A DNA stretch of 63,831 nucleotides, filler included, from Octopus bimaculoides (taxonomy: Eukaryota): NCBI RefSeq assembly GCF_001194135.2. It is 7 parts of 6 records of this genome, joined end to end, with 100 filler letters (N's around TTAATTAATTAA, not from the genome) between each part and the next. Parts side by side here need not be neighbours in the genome. Positions count along the whole stretch, not along the records: positions 1 to 31,998 come from NC_068984.1; positions 32,099 to 38,370 come from NC_068989.1; positions 38,471 to 47,101 come from NC_068996.1; 4 more parts are not named here. One strand, given 5' to 3'. The translations under genes and the position numbers were made by a program. The notes beneath the pieces are model-generated. The model did no database searches. It was not told the DNA's origin and saw only the letters and a program-made list of their open reading frames with translations. Within the stretch, counting starts at the first letter, position 1; each line of letters starts with the position of its first letter. Positions 25,929 through 39,321 of this stretch are shown here, one piece after another.

Positions 25929-25993
<65 letters not shown>

Positions 25994-28049
25994 NNNNNNN
26001 NNNNNNNNNNNNNNNNNNNNNNNNNNNNNNNNNNNNNNNNNNNNNNNNNNNNNNNNNNNNNNNNNNNNNNNNNNNNNNNNNNNNNNNNNNNNNNNNNNNN
26101 NNNNNNNNNNNNNNNNNNNNNNNNNNNNNNNNNNNNNNNNNNNNNNNNNNNNNNNNNNNNNNNNNNNNNNNNNNNNNNNNNNNNNNNNNNNNNNNNNNNN
26201 NNNNNNNNNNNNNNNNNNNNNNNNNNNNNNNNNNNNNNNNNNNNNNNNNNNNNNNNNNNNNNNNNNNNNNNNNNNNNNNNNNNNNNNNNNNNNNNNNNNN
26301 NNNNNNNNNNNNNNNNNNNNNNNNNNNNNNNNNNNNNNNNNNNNNNNNNNNNNNNNNNNNNNNNNNNNNNNNNNNNNNNNNNNNNNNNNNNNNNNNNNNN
26401 NNNNNNNNNNNNNNNNNNNNNNNNNNNNNNNNNNNNNNNNNNNNNNNNNNNNNNNNNNNNNNNNNNNNNNNNNNNNNNNNNNNNNNNNNNNNNNNNNNNN
26501 NNNNNNNNNNNNNNNNNNNNNNNNNNNNNNNNNNNNNNNNNNNNNNNNNNNNNNNNNNNNNNNNNNNNNNNNNNNNNNNNNNNNNNNNNNNNNNNNNNNN
26601 NNNNNNNNNNNNNNNNNNNNNNNNNNNNNNNNNNNNNNNNNNNNNNNNNNNNNNNNNNNNNNNNNNNNNNNNNNNNNNNNNNNNNNNNNNNNNNNNNNNN
26701 NNNNNNNNNNNNNNNNNNNNNNNNNNNNNNNNNNNNNNNNNNNNNNNNNNNNNNNNNNNNNNNNNNNNNNNNNNNNNNNNNNNNNNNNNNNNNNNNNNNN
26801 NNNNNNNNNNNNNNNNNNNNNNNNNNNNNNNNNNNNNNNNNNNNNNNNNNNNNNNNNNNNNNNNNNNNNNNNNNNNNNNNGGTGGTGGCGGTGGCGGTGG
26901 TGGTGGTGATGGTGGTGGTGGTTATGATTGTGATGCTAATAGTACGAGTAGTGGTGGCAATGGTGGGAATGGTGTTGATGGTGGGAATGATGTTGCTGAT
27001 GGTGATAGACGGAGTGGTGGTGCTGTGAGTGGCGAGGTTAGAAGTTAGTGCGGGTGGTTCGTGTGGTTGTTGTGGTTGTAGCTGTTGTTGTAGCTTTTCT
27101 TTTCTTTTCTTTTTCGTTTTTACTTTCTCATACATTAATTAATGTTTTTCTTTATCCTTTTAAATCCCTTCTTTTTCAAAAGAAAACGAAAAAACTCCAG
27201 TGTCACGTGACTCTACCTAAATCTGGAAAACGAGGACAAGAATTCGTAAACTTCTCCATAGTATTTTATGATCTTATTTCGTTCAGAACAACCGTTAAAA
27301 ATTACTTTAGACTTGAAGGTGCAGTATAATTTAACAAGAGAACCGGCCGTTTCATTACAATATCCAGATTTGCCGTTTTATATCTGGGCTATAATTTCGC
27401 TATTAAAACTGGTCTATTTGAATGTGTTCTGTGGAGATGAACAATTTAATTTCTGCCTTAGAACGTTATACAAGGCAGAACTGATAGCAGATCTTCACAA
27501 TTTATTTGAAAATCATGCGCTGTACTTTGACATAATAATTTTCAACTGATTATTCCTACGGCATGATAATCTACAATTAGAAAACAGAATGGTATTCTTC
27601 GTTTATGGTTCCTGTAGGACATTATTAGCAACAAAACTCATTGTATTTGAATCATGTTACAGTAAATGTGATTGCTTTTTTTCTGTAAGTGATATTTTCG
27701 CTTCTTGTTCTTCAAAATTATTAATGTCACATTTGGATTGACTCGCATCGCTTTTATTATTTTGTGTATTTGCTGTAGATCTAGAAATAAAACTTTGAAA
27801 TGGACGCTGCTAATAATTTTCTTCTGCGATACAAACAAAGCCTGAATTTTCTTTTCTTTCCGTTTTTTTGTTGTTTTTTTTGTTTGTTTTTTTTACGTTT
27901 GTCGGGACGTTGTCACTTATATCGACCTCACTGCTTATTTTATCCACCCCGAAAAGGATGAAATGCAAAGTCATCTTCGGCGGGATTTGAACTCAGAACT
28001 TAAATAACCGGAAGAAATACCGCAATGCATTTCTTCAGGCGTGCTAACG

Positions 28050-28229
28050 ATTCTTTTCTGCTATCGGCACAAGGCCCGAAATTTTTGAGGGAGGGGGCAA
28101 GTCGATTAGATCGATCTCAATACGCAACTGGTACTTAATTTATTTGCCGAACTGCTGAGTTACGGGGACGTAAACACTATAACATCGGTTATCAAGCGAT
28201 GGTAGGGAGACAAACACAGACACAAATAC

Positions 28230-28273
<44 letters not shown>

Positions 28274-28590
28274 GACGGGCTTCTTTCAGTTTCCATCTAC
28301 CAAATCCACTCACAAGGCTTTGATTGGCCTGAGGCTATAGAAGAAGACACTTGCCTAAGGTGCCACTGAACCCGGAAACATGTGACTGAGAAGCAAGCTT
28401 CTTACCACGCTCGGGAAGTGAAGAAGTCTTTACACGACGGGATTCTTTCAGTTTCCGTCTACCAAATCCACTCACAAGTCTCTGGTCAGCCTGAGACTAT
28501 AGTAGAAGACACTTGCCTAAAATGTCACGCAGTGGAACTGAACGCGGAACCATGTGGTTGAGAAGCAAGCTTCTTACCACACAGTCACTC
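28050..28590 (-). mobile_element. Family B SINE (28050-28410) followed by a second family B 5' half (28430-28590)
   Basis: Two ACGACGGG.TTCTTTCAGTTTCC.TCTACCAAATCCACTCACAAG blocks; first with (TA)n and 3' half. Confidence 0.8.
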
Positions 28591-29706
28591 CTGGTAACAA
28601 TGTATTTAGTAGGAAGTGTAAAGAATAATCTAGATTTTGGTTTTAATCTTCAAACCAGATGGGAAGTACTCGAAAGCCTGGTCCTATGTCTTACAAACTT
28701 CCATTCGTGGACGATATTGGTTACATCTTAAACGAACCCTAGTGTTGTTGAGGAATTTAATACCAATCTTTGCTATGTTTGTAACTGACAAGGCATACGC
28801 CTCATGCCGGGTGTATGTAGACACATTTGTGTGTGTTCGCGTGCATGTATGTATGTATGTATGTGCGCATGTCTGGCGTGAACATGTATGTGCATATAGT
28901 GGTGGTAGTGGTGGCGCTGATGGTAGAGGTATTTTTGCGTGTGAGCAAAATTTTTGTTTTAAACGCACACGCGTGTTCATATGTGCGTGCGAGTTTGTGT
29001 ATGTGTGTGTGTGTCCGTGCCTGCGCTTGTCCACCACTACCCGCTTGACAACCGATGATGGTGTGTTTATATCCCCGTAACTTGGCGGTTCGGCAAAAGG
29101 GGCAGATAGAATAAGTACCAGCTTTAAGGAAAAAATAAGCACAGAGGTCGATTCGTTCGACTAAAATTTTTCAGGGCGGTACCCCAGCATGGCCTCAGTC
29201 TGGTGGGTGAAACAAGTAATGTATATATCACGTGATCGACCAGACGATCGAATATTGTTATACATCGCTAGTCACAATGCGCTTTGCATCGTTTTAATTG
29301 TGTTTTAATGATGCCATCCCGCTGGCTGGGCGTGACGGCTGACATTCCCTCTGATTGGGAGGTTTGTTCGTTTCAGGGTTACCCATTTACAGCTGAGCGG
29401 ACTGGGGCAACGTGAAATGAATCCAACGCGCCGCTTGTTCCGAGAGTCGAACCCACGATGTAGCGATCGTGAGTGCAACACCCTAAACGCTAAACGCTAT
29501 ATCACATTATATATACATTCCCCGTCGCTACATTCTGAGTTCAAATTCCACCGAGGTCGACTTTGCCTTTCATCCTTTCAGGGTCGACAAATCAAGTACC
29601 AGTGAAACACTGGGGTCGATGTAATCGATTAGTCTCCGTCTCCTCCCCAAAAATTTCGGGCCTTGTGCCTGGATTACATTATATATACATTCATACATAT
29701 GTACAA

Positions 29707-29798
<92 letters not shown>

Positions 29799-29989
29799 CA
29801 TCTGTCTATCTAACTACACACACATACACATTATTAGTTGATTGCCAATAATACAGGAGTTGCTGAAGGTGAAGGGTTTGCCATTAAACTAGACACACAC
29901 ACACACACATACACAGACACACACACACACACACAAACACAGACACAAACACACACACAGACACACACACACACACATACACACACACA

Positions 29990-30027
<38 letters not shown>

Positions 30028-30461
30028 GTCATATTTCTTACTTTCACCCGAGGAATTCTTATGAAAAACCCCTAACATATTTCGTCATTGAAGAAAATCC
30101 CTCGTGGTTTCATTTTGCACCATTTCCTGGGACAAATATTATTTACCGACACGTTTTAAAATATATCGTTGCTTTGAAAATGGCAACCAAGACTCCATCA
30201 AACAATACTCAGATTAAATAAAGACGGCTATTGAAAATGTGTGCGCGCATGTGTGCTAGTGAGTGTGGTTGTGTGTGTCTGTGGGGGGGGGGGTGCCCGC
30301 GTAGTTACAAGTTAATCCAGCAAACTCGAATTACAGCTGGTTGAGACAAGACGTGACTGTTTGTTTATAATGGAAAAGTACGGCCATATCGGCTTGTGTC
30401 GCTGATACTGGGCAAAGCCAAACAAACAGCTTACTTTCTCTCACCCATTCTGCCTAACTTG

Positions 30462-31250
30462 ATGTAGGAATGGTTCATGAGGATGACCATAGTCCATGGT
30501 ACAGGCATGGCTCATGAGTGCAAGCATGCCCATTGGGAACAGGAATTATTCTTGAGTGCGAGCATGGCTCATGAGAGCAGACATTACTCTTGAGTGCAAG
30601 CATGGCTCCTCGGTGCAGCATTGCTGATGAGTGCAGGCATTACTCTTGAGTGCAAGCATGGCTCCTGAGTACAGCATGGCTGATGAGTGCAGGCATTACT
30701 CTTGAATACAGGTATGGCTGATGAGTGCAGGTATGTATCATGAGTACACGCATGACTCATGAGTGCAGCATGGCTCATTAGTGCAGTCGTTGCTCTTGGG
30801 AGCTGGTGTGACTCATGAGTGCAGGTATAGTTCTTGTGTGCAGGCATAGGTCAAGAGAGCAGGAATGGCTCATGAAAGCAGGCATTATTCTTGAGTGCAG
30901 ACTTGACACATGGGTGCAGCTATGGATCATGTGTGCAGCATGGTTTGAATGCAGGAATTTCACTTGAAAGCAGCCATGGCTCATGAGTGCAGGTATGGCT
31001 CATGAGTGCAGGTATGGCTCATGAGTGCAAGTATGGCTCATGAGTGCAAGTATGGCTCATGAGTGCAGGTATGGCTCATTAGTGCAGGCATTGCTCTTGA
31101 GAGCTGGTACGGCTGATGAGTGCAGGTATAGCTCTTGTGTACAGGCATGGATCATGAGTGCAAGTATGGCTGATGAGTGTGGAAATTATTCTTGGGTGCA
31201 AGTATGGCTGACGAGTGCAGATGTGTATCATTTGTGCAGGTATAGCTGTG
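30462..31250 (+). repeat. 19-bp-unit minisatellite, consensus ATGGCTCATGAGTGCAGGT, about 40 degenerate units
   Basis: Near-perfect units at ~30977-31080; alternation with ATTA(C/T)TCTTGAGTGCA variants in the 5' part. Confidence 0.9.
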
Positions 31251-31769
31251 TGATTTAAGAATTCCAGTTCTCAATCACGTGGTTTTAAGTTCCAACCCAC
31301 CCCATCATCTTCTGAGCAAGTACCTTCAACCACAGTTTTGTATCCTCCAAAGCCTTGTGAGAAAAGTTTGGTAAATGGAGATTGCGTGGAAGTCAGTGGA
31401 TTTCTAATTCTTTTGGGTGGTTGTTGACTTAATCCACCCGTCTTAGGTTCCTTTTCATTTTCAGTGACCAAGAGAATGGTTCTTGTTGAGCCCAAATTTA
31501 TCTAAGACGTGTTTTTCTCCGAGTGAGACTGGTTTTTCCTAAGAATCCTATGAGAACAGGATTCTGTACCTTAATCCTGCTTTATTTTAAATCGTGAATT
31601 TGGTAAACAACGGAAGTCTCATTGTATTTTTTAAAAGGAATTTCTTGGCAACAATTAATAAGCAAATTCTTGCTGATGTGTATATCATTCGCTGGCATAC
31701 ACACACACACACAAACGTACCTTTCTATACCGCTCTTTCTCTCTCTCCCAACACACACACACACACAGC

Positions 31770-31804
<35 letters not shown>

Positions 31805-31998
31805 GTTTCTTTATTAGCCACACAGGGCTCAACACAGAGGGGACAAAATACAAATGTAGAGTTTTTCTTTTCGAGGGGGTCGAAAACAAAGCAGAAAAAA
31901 AAAACAAAAGTGGGGACAACGATGAAAAAAAACATCGCAAAACGTTTGGGGTATTTACAAAAAATACGAAATAATACAAAAATTCCCAATAAATGGGG
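31770..31998 (-). mobile_element. Young LINE-like 3' end with AATAAA and (TATC)n tail (copy 1 of 3)
   Basis: Near-identical to 60703-60880 (+) and 63660-63831 (-). L1/Tx1 affiliation is inference only. Confidence 0.7.
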
Positions 31999-32539
31999 NN
32001 NNNNNNNNNNNNNNNNNNNNNNNNNNNNNNNNNNNNNNNNNNTTAATTAATTAANNNNNNNNNNNNNNNNNNNNNNNNNNNNNNNNNNNNNNNNNNNNTA
32101 TATATATATATATATATGGGAAGAACCATTTTAACGATGCGTACTGCCTTAATTCTTCGAAACGCCGGAGTTTTAATGGTGGCAGCTGATGAAGGGGATG
32201 TTTCTATGTGGCCTGCTTGTTTGTTGCACCTTGTTTACGATTTTGTCCTTGTTCTTTTGCCACGTCATGTACCCAGTTATGTATCTATATGTACATGTAG
32301 ATGAACGTATATACATACATGTACATATATATGCATATACTCATATATTGTTTATATATATAAATACATGTAATGCAAAAATTCGTGGTATAATTCAACA
32401 AAAAGACCACCCCGTCTGGTGAGAGTCAAATATTGTTGTTTAAGGCTCACAATACATGTCTTCGGCCGCTAGTAATAATTTCACGTGTCTGAAAATCTAA
32501 AGACGTTCTGAAATTCACGTGCTTGAAGATCGTGTTCTT

Positions 32540-32763
32540 TTATTCTTTTATTTGTTTCAGTCGTTTGACTGCGGCCATGCTGGAGCACCACCCTTATTCG
32601 AACACATCGACCGCAGGACTTATTCTTTGTAAGCCTAGTACTTATTCTACCGGTCTTGTTTTGCCGAACCGCTAAGTTACGCGGACGTAAACGCAGCAAA
32701 ATCGGTTGTCAAGCGATGGTTGGGGAGGGACAAACACAGACACACACATACATACACACATAC

Positions 32764-32840
<77 letters not shown>

Positions 32841-33250
32841 CGACGGGCATCTTTCAGCTTCTTATTTCTTTATTGCCCACAAGGGGCTAAACACAGAGGG
32901 GACAAACAAGGACAGACAAAGGGATTAAGTCGATTACATCGATCGACCTCAGTGTGTAATTGGTACTTAATTTATCGACCAAGGGAGGACGAAAATCAAA
33001 GTCAACTTCGGCGGAATTTGAACTCAGAACGTAACGGCAGACGAAATACCGCTAAGCATTTCGCCCGGAGTGCTAACTTTTCTGCCAGCTCGCCGCCTTT
33101 TTTCAGTTTCCGTCTACCAAATCCACTCATAAGGCTTTGGTCAGCCTGAGGCTATAGTAGAAGACACTTGTCCAAGGTGCCACGCTGTGGGACTCAACCC
33201 GGAACCATGTGGTTGGTAAGCAAGCTACTTACCACAAAGCCACTTCTGCG
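32540..33250 (-). mobile_element. Full-length family B SINE interrupted by a family A SINE
   Basis: B 3' half 32540-32740, microsatellite, B 5' half 33101-33250. Confidence 0.85.
32858..33100 (-). mobile_element. Family A SINE with alternative 3' tail, nested in SINE B
   Basis: TSD TTTCAG at 32852-32857 and 33101-33106; tail ...GTCCCCTCTGTGTTTAGCCCCTTGTGGGCAATAAAGAAA. Confidence 0.85.
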
Positions 33251-33479
33251 CCAATATATATATAATTTTTCATTATTAATATATATTTCTTACTTTATAA
33301 ACTTTTAAAATAGTTCCTTTGTTTAACTTATTTAACCCACTCTGGCGTCTTTGTGTAACTTCGTCTTCATCTTCCACTAATTTTTCCAAAATCACCGCCG
33401 TTTTTACAGCTTTGTCTATTGTATATTTGAATGCAATAAATGTGTTGCCCTTTGTGGTTAATAAGAAAGAATTATCTTA

Positions 33480-33578
33480 TTATTACACACACACACACAC
33501 ACACAGAGTTTTCCGTATTCTGTCCATCTCACTTTTTACATAGCAAGTTTCTTTCTCTCTCTCTTTCTCTCTCTCTTA

Positions 33579-33611
<33 letters not shown>

Positions 33612-33874
33612 TCTTCCTCTCTCCTCTTTCTCCCCTCTGTCTCCCTCCCTCTCCGTCTTCCTTTCTCTCGTCCAATCTCTCCCCCTCTCTTTCCTTCCCT
33701 CCTCCTGTCCCTCATTCTCTCTCTCTCTCTCTCTCTCCCTCTCTCTTCTCTTTCCTCTCTCTCTCTCTGTCTCACTCTTTCTTCCTCTCTTTCCTCTCTC
33801 TCTCTCTCTGTCTCCCTCTCTCTTCCTCTCTTACCCTCTCTCTCTGCCTCTATCTCTACCTTCCTCTCTTTCCT

Positions 33875-33908
<34 letters not shown>

Positions 33909-34025
33909 CCTCTTCTATTATACACATTCGCTTCTCTCTGTTCTACTAAGCGTTAAGCATTCCTCACCCACCATCTCCATTCTCATTTCACCAATTCCCT
34001 TTCCCTCATTCTATCCATCTATCAC

Positions 34026-34085
<60 letters not shown>

Positions 34086-34130
34086 CCTATCTACCTATCT
34101 ATCTATTTATCTATCACTCTATCTAACTAT
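33480..34130. repeat. (CA)n, CT-rich low-complexity and (TATC)n arrays
   Basis: Direct. Confidence 0.95.
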
Positions 34131-34360
34131 CTATTTATCAATCTATCTTTTTCCGTTATCCTAGAACACTGGACACTTATCATCAAAATTGCTGCAATAT
34201 GTGGGACAATCCTTAGAATACGTCTATTTGTTAAAAAGTCCTTTACATACGAACACAACAATACCCAAACAGACAAATGTCTCGGACAGACAATACAAAG
34301 CACATCTCGTCTTTTTACTGGCAATATTTTGCTGCTTTATTAACAACAGAAGCTACAACG

Positions 34361-34407
<47 letters not shown>

Positions 34408-34859
34408 CGCAATAACAACACCAGTAAGAGTCAAATAAAATAGATAGACATTACACGGTCATTCGAAATGCAAAGGATAGCAGCTAAATTTGCAGTAAAG
34501 AATGTATCGGGAAATAAGACGGGTCTTTTTTTTAATAACTATAAGAATGGTCAAGGTTGGGACGCCTTTGATTATAGTTTTGTTCGATGATGGCTAACTC
34601 GGGTTTATGTAAAACAAAAAGCCCTTAACACTAATCTTACTGCCAACAAAGCCAAATGCATCGGCGATAAAAACGGTAAGAAAGTCATCATCAAAACGAA
34701 CAACAACGGGGTAAACGGATCCTCCACTTATTTCGACGATTCGATTGTCCGATCAGCTGGATATGCTCTTTGAATAAATAAACCTGTGAAATGCTGAGTA
34801 TTGTACAGCCATATGTACTTTTTAATACGTTATCATGCATTATATTATAACATATTAAA

Positions 34860-35072
34860 GCGGCGAGCTGGCAGAAACGTTAGCACGCCGGACGAAATGC
34901 TTAGCGATATTTCGTCTGCCTTTACGTTCTGAGTTCAAATTCCGCCGAGGTCGACTTTGCCTTTCATCCTTTCGGGGTCGATAAATAAAGTACCAGTTGC
35001 GTACTGAGGTTGATCTAATCGACTGTCACCCTCCCCAAAATTTTCGGGCCTTGTGCCTAGAGTAGGAAAAAG
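34860..35072 (+). mobile_element. Family A SINE, full-length and well preserved (a degraded copy follows to ~35240)
   Basis: Complete head, body and CCCTCCCCAAAATTTTCGGGCCTTGTGCCTAGAGTAG tail. Confidence 0.9.
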
Positions 35073-35601
35073 GATCGTTAACATGCCAGGCAAAATGCTG
35101 AAGAGTATTTCATTCGTCTTTATACTCTGAGTTCAAATTCCACCGAAATTAGATCACTTTCAGGGTTGATGAAATAAGTACCAGCTGAGAACTGGGGGCC
35201 TATGTAATCGAGTAATTACTTCCCCCAATATTTCAGACCTTATGTTATATTATATTATATTATATCATGTTGATAACTAGAGTACTTATACAGCGTTGGT
35301 TTTGGTAAATTTACTTATGGAAAGATACATATGCATATGTTTCTTAAACTTATATTTAATCTCGTTGCGAAAATAGACTTTATCGATAAACTACAGCTCT
35401 TTCAGTGGTTTGCTATGAGGAGGTTCATTTTCTGACGAGCGATTTATGAAAGACAAAACTTGCTGTCCATGCGATCAAAAGAGAGATCAACCTGCGTATC
35501 TTCTCTAAAGATCAATACAAAACGCAATCAGATCTTGTATAGCGTTCAATGCCGTAGAATGTAATTTGTAGAGTATATTATTATTATCATTTATTTATTT
35601 A

Positions 35602-35870
35602 TGCGCCCTTTTCAATCCTAGCCAAGCTCATGGGCCCGGTTTCCCGGTTTCTATGGCGTATGTGTCCCCCCCCCCACCAGCTGGACGGGTCGCCAGTCCA
35701 TCGCAGCGGGCGAAAGTGTACGACAGGGGTCGCCACCACCCCCAGCCGGAGCCTCGTGGAGCTTTAGGTGTTTTCGCTCAATAAACAAACACACACAACG
35801 CCCGGTCTGGGAATCAAAACCACGATCCTCCAACGGTGAGTCGGCTGCCCTAACCACTGGGCCATTGCAT
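35602..35870 (-). mobile_element. Family C SINE head joined to a different (RTE-like) 3' tail
   Basis: Reverse complement GCAATGGCCCAGTGGTTAGGGCAGC...CCCAGACCGGGCGTTG matches 62272; the 3' part GACTGGCGACCCGTCCAGC differs from that copy. Confidence 0.6.
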
Positions 35871-36558
35871 AGAGTATAATATGTTGAATGAAGCACTCAT
35901 GTTTCCAAAGGTGAATTATTCAAACCCCAAAGAATTCTTCTCAACACTTGACTATGATGCTCCCCCACTACTTCTGCTCATGATCAGCGATGCACATATC
36001 GTCAGCCACTAAGGGACATGCTCAACTGGTTAAGGTCAAACAACTGACAAGCAAATCTGTGGTATTAAGCAGAATATTTGCTGTAACCCATCTTTTATAC
36101 CAAGACAAAACAATGTACATGATAACACTTCCAATCAATTAAGATCAGAAGCCATGAGAGCCACNNNNNNNNNNNNNNNNNNNNNNNNNNNNNNNNNNNN
36201 NNNNNNNNNNNNNNNNNNNNNNNNNNNNNNNNNNNNNNNNNNNNNNNNNNNNNNNNNNNNNNNNNNNNNNNNNNNNNNNNNNNNNNNNNNNNNNNNNNNN
36301 NNNNNNNNNNNNNNNNNNNNNNNNNNNNNNNNNNNNNNNNNNNNNNNNNNNNNNNNNNNNNNNNNNNNNNNNNNNNNNNNNNNNNNNNNNNNNNNNNNNN
36401 NNNNNNNNNNNNNNNNNNNNNNNNNNNNNNNNNNNNNNNNNNNNNNNNNNNNNNNNNNNNNNNNNNNNNNNNNNNNNNNNNNNNNNNNNNNNNNNNNNNN
36501 NNNNNNNNNNNNNNNNNNNNNNNNNNNNNNNNNNNNNNNNNNNNNNNNNNNNNNNNNA

Positions 36559-36568
36559 TGATGATGAC

Positions 36569-36639
<71 letters not shown>

Positions 36640-36840
36640 CGATGATAAGGGTCATGGTGATGACAGAAGTGTGTGATGACGAATATGACGTTGAAGGAAG
36701 GTGAGAGAAAATGTTGAATAGCCCAGGTGGAAGAACAAAAATATAAAAAAAAGACAAAATGAAAATAAATGAGTGAAAGGGGGGAGGGGAGAGAAAGCGG
36801 TTACTGAGAGGGATTAATCATAAGAATGCATATATCTCAT

Positions 36841-36884
<44 letters not shown>

Positions 36885-37487
36885 TGCAGCTGCATTATCA
36901 CCACCACTATCGCCACTGCGCCGCCGTCATCATCATCATCATTAGCGTTGTCGCGGCCAAACTATTCTTATCGACATCGTCATCACGAGCAGCAGTAGCC
37001 GCAGCAGCAGCAATTTAGTTCTGCTTCTTCACCATCATCATCGTCACCACCACCACCACCACCACTGTCATCAACATCATCATCATCATTGTCGTCGTTG
37101 TCGTCGTCGTCAACGTCTTTGCCGCCATCTTTCGTTATCTCAACTAATATTATTAGACTTATTGTTGATATTGTTGCTGCTGCTGTTGCTGTTGCTGCTG
37201 ATGTTGTTGTTGTTGTTGTTGTGTTGTTGTTGTTACTATAGCCACCGTGGGGGTCTTGTTGTTGCTGTTGTTGTTGCTGTTGTTGTTGTTGTTGTTGCTG
37301 TTGGTTGTCTTGTTCATGGTCTTGTTAAAGATGCTAGACATTTCGGGGTCAGAAGTGATGGCAGATTCCCTTCTCTCTCTCTCTTTCTCTCTCTCTCTTT
37401 CTCTCTCCCTCTCTCTCTCTCTTTCTCTCTCTCTCGCTCTCTCTGTTTCTCTCTCTCTCTCTCACTCTCTCCCTCTCTCTTTCTCTC

Positions 37488-37530
<43 letters not shown>
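36559..37530. repeat. (GAT)n, (CAT)n, (TTG)n and (CT)n low-complexity block
   Basis: Direct; source of poly-I, poly-L and poly-Q ORFs. Confidence 0.95.
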
Positions 37531-38168
37531 TTAATATATATTTTGTAGGACCCCGTTCTTCAATATGAAGGGAACAGACATATATTAATAAGTATTTTTA
37601 ATTAACTAGGGGTCCATGCCAAGCACCGTGGCACTTTAACACAAACCCTCAATCCCCACCTCTTACCCATGACCCATTTTCTCTACTTTAGCATTCGTTG
37701 TCAATCAGCCATTTTTTCCTATTAAGAGACCTGACACTTGGAACTAAAAGAGAGAGAGAGAGATAGAGAAATAAAAAGAGAGAGGAGGAGGGAGATAAGT
37801 GAGAGAAAGAGAGACTGTCTATTGAATAAAGAGAGAACAAAGACGAAAAGATGTGAAGCCTGAACAAAATGAGTTAGAATTAGAAAATAAAGTGGGAGGA
37901 AGAAAAAAAAAATATTCGGCAGTGGAAGGTGTTTACTGACAGATGCACAACGGTACATTGATAACAGAGGAGTTTGACATTAGGAGAAAAGAACATTGGC
38001 CGAAAAAAGGTAAAAAAAAAAAGCAAAAAAAAAAATGAATAAATACAAGGGAATAAAGGAATTAAAAAAATACTAATAATAAATGTATAAAAGTAGTAGA
38101 AGCGGCTGGATTGTAAAACTGACTAACAATGATATAGAAAATTATTTCATCGTCATCATCATTATTAC

Positions 38169-38228
<60 letters not shown>

Positions 38229-38302
38229 CATTATCATCATCATCATCATCATCATCATCATTATTATTATTATTATTATCATCATCATCATCATCATCAT
38301 CA

Positions 38303-38370
<68 letters not shown>

Positions 38371-38470
38371 NNNNNNNNNNNNNNNNNNNNNNNNNNNNNN
38401 NNNNNNNNNNNNNNTTAATTAATTAANNNNNNNNNNNNNNNNNNNNNNNNNNNNNNNNNNNNNNNNNNNN

Positions 38471-38505
<35 letters not shown>

Positions 38506-38628
38506 CTGCGTATATGTATTGACATGCACAAACTTACAAATATGTGTGGATGTATATATATATATATGCGTCCATATACACATATATATACATACGTGGG
38601 TGTGGGTGTGTACACATATGCATATATT

Positions 38629-38662
<34 letters not shown>

Positions 38663-39000
38663 TGTGCATGTGTATGTGTCGGTGCGTGCGTGCGTGAATG
38701 TGTGTATGTGTGTAAGCGTATGTGTGTAAGCATGTGCGTATGTGAGTCTGTTTGTGAGTGTGAGAGAGAGAGAGAGAGATTGTGTGTGTACGTCTTTGTG
38801 TGTGTGTGTGTGTGTGTGTGTGCACGTTTGTGTCTGTTGTTGAATGGCTACCGTTGTTTTTCTCTACTCTATTCGAAGGGTTTCTAAAGTACTATTAATT
38901 CTCGCTTTATCTGCTTCGAGATGTTGCGTTTCCAAAAAGAAATATTAGATGTATATATATATATATATATATTAAATGTATATTAGATATATATATATTA

Positions 39001-39174
39001 GGCGCAGGAGTGGCTGTGTGGTAAGTAGCTTGCTTACCAACCACATGGTTCCGGGTTCAGTCCCACTGCGTGGCACCTTGGGCAAGTGTCTTCTATTATA
39101 GCCTCGGGCCGACCAAAGCCTTGTGAGTGGATTTGGTAGACGGAAACTGAAAGAAGCCTGTCGTATATATGCAA

Positions 39175-39210
<36 letters not shown>

Positions 39211-39321
39211 CTGTGTTTGTCCTCCCACCATCGCTGGTGTGTTTACGTCCCCGTAACTTAGCGGTTCGGCAAAAAGAGACTAATAGAATAAGTACTAGGC
39301 TTACAAAGAATAAATCCTGGG
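39001..39321 (+). mobile_element. Family B SINE, well preserved, running into a gap (another 3' half at 40252-40500)
   Basis: GGCGCAGGAGTGGCTGTGTGGTAAG...GGTTCAGTCCCACTGCGTGGCACCTTGGGCAAGTGTC. Confidence 0.9.

Noticed and set aside
30584-31258. His/Ser/Cys-rich ORFs
   Set aside because: Translations of the 19-bp minisatellite.
34540-34780. 50-60-codon open stretches with GTAAGA donors on both strands
   Set aside because: No acceptor or start gives a continuous frame into either donor.
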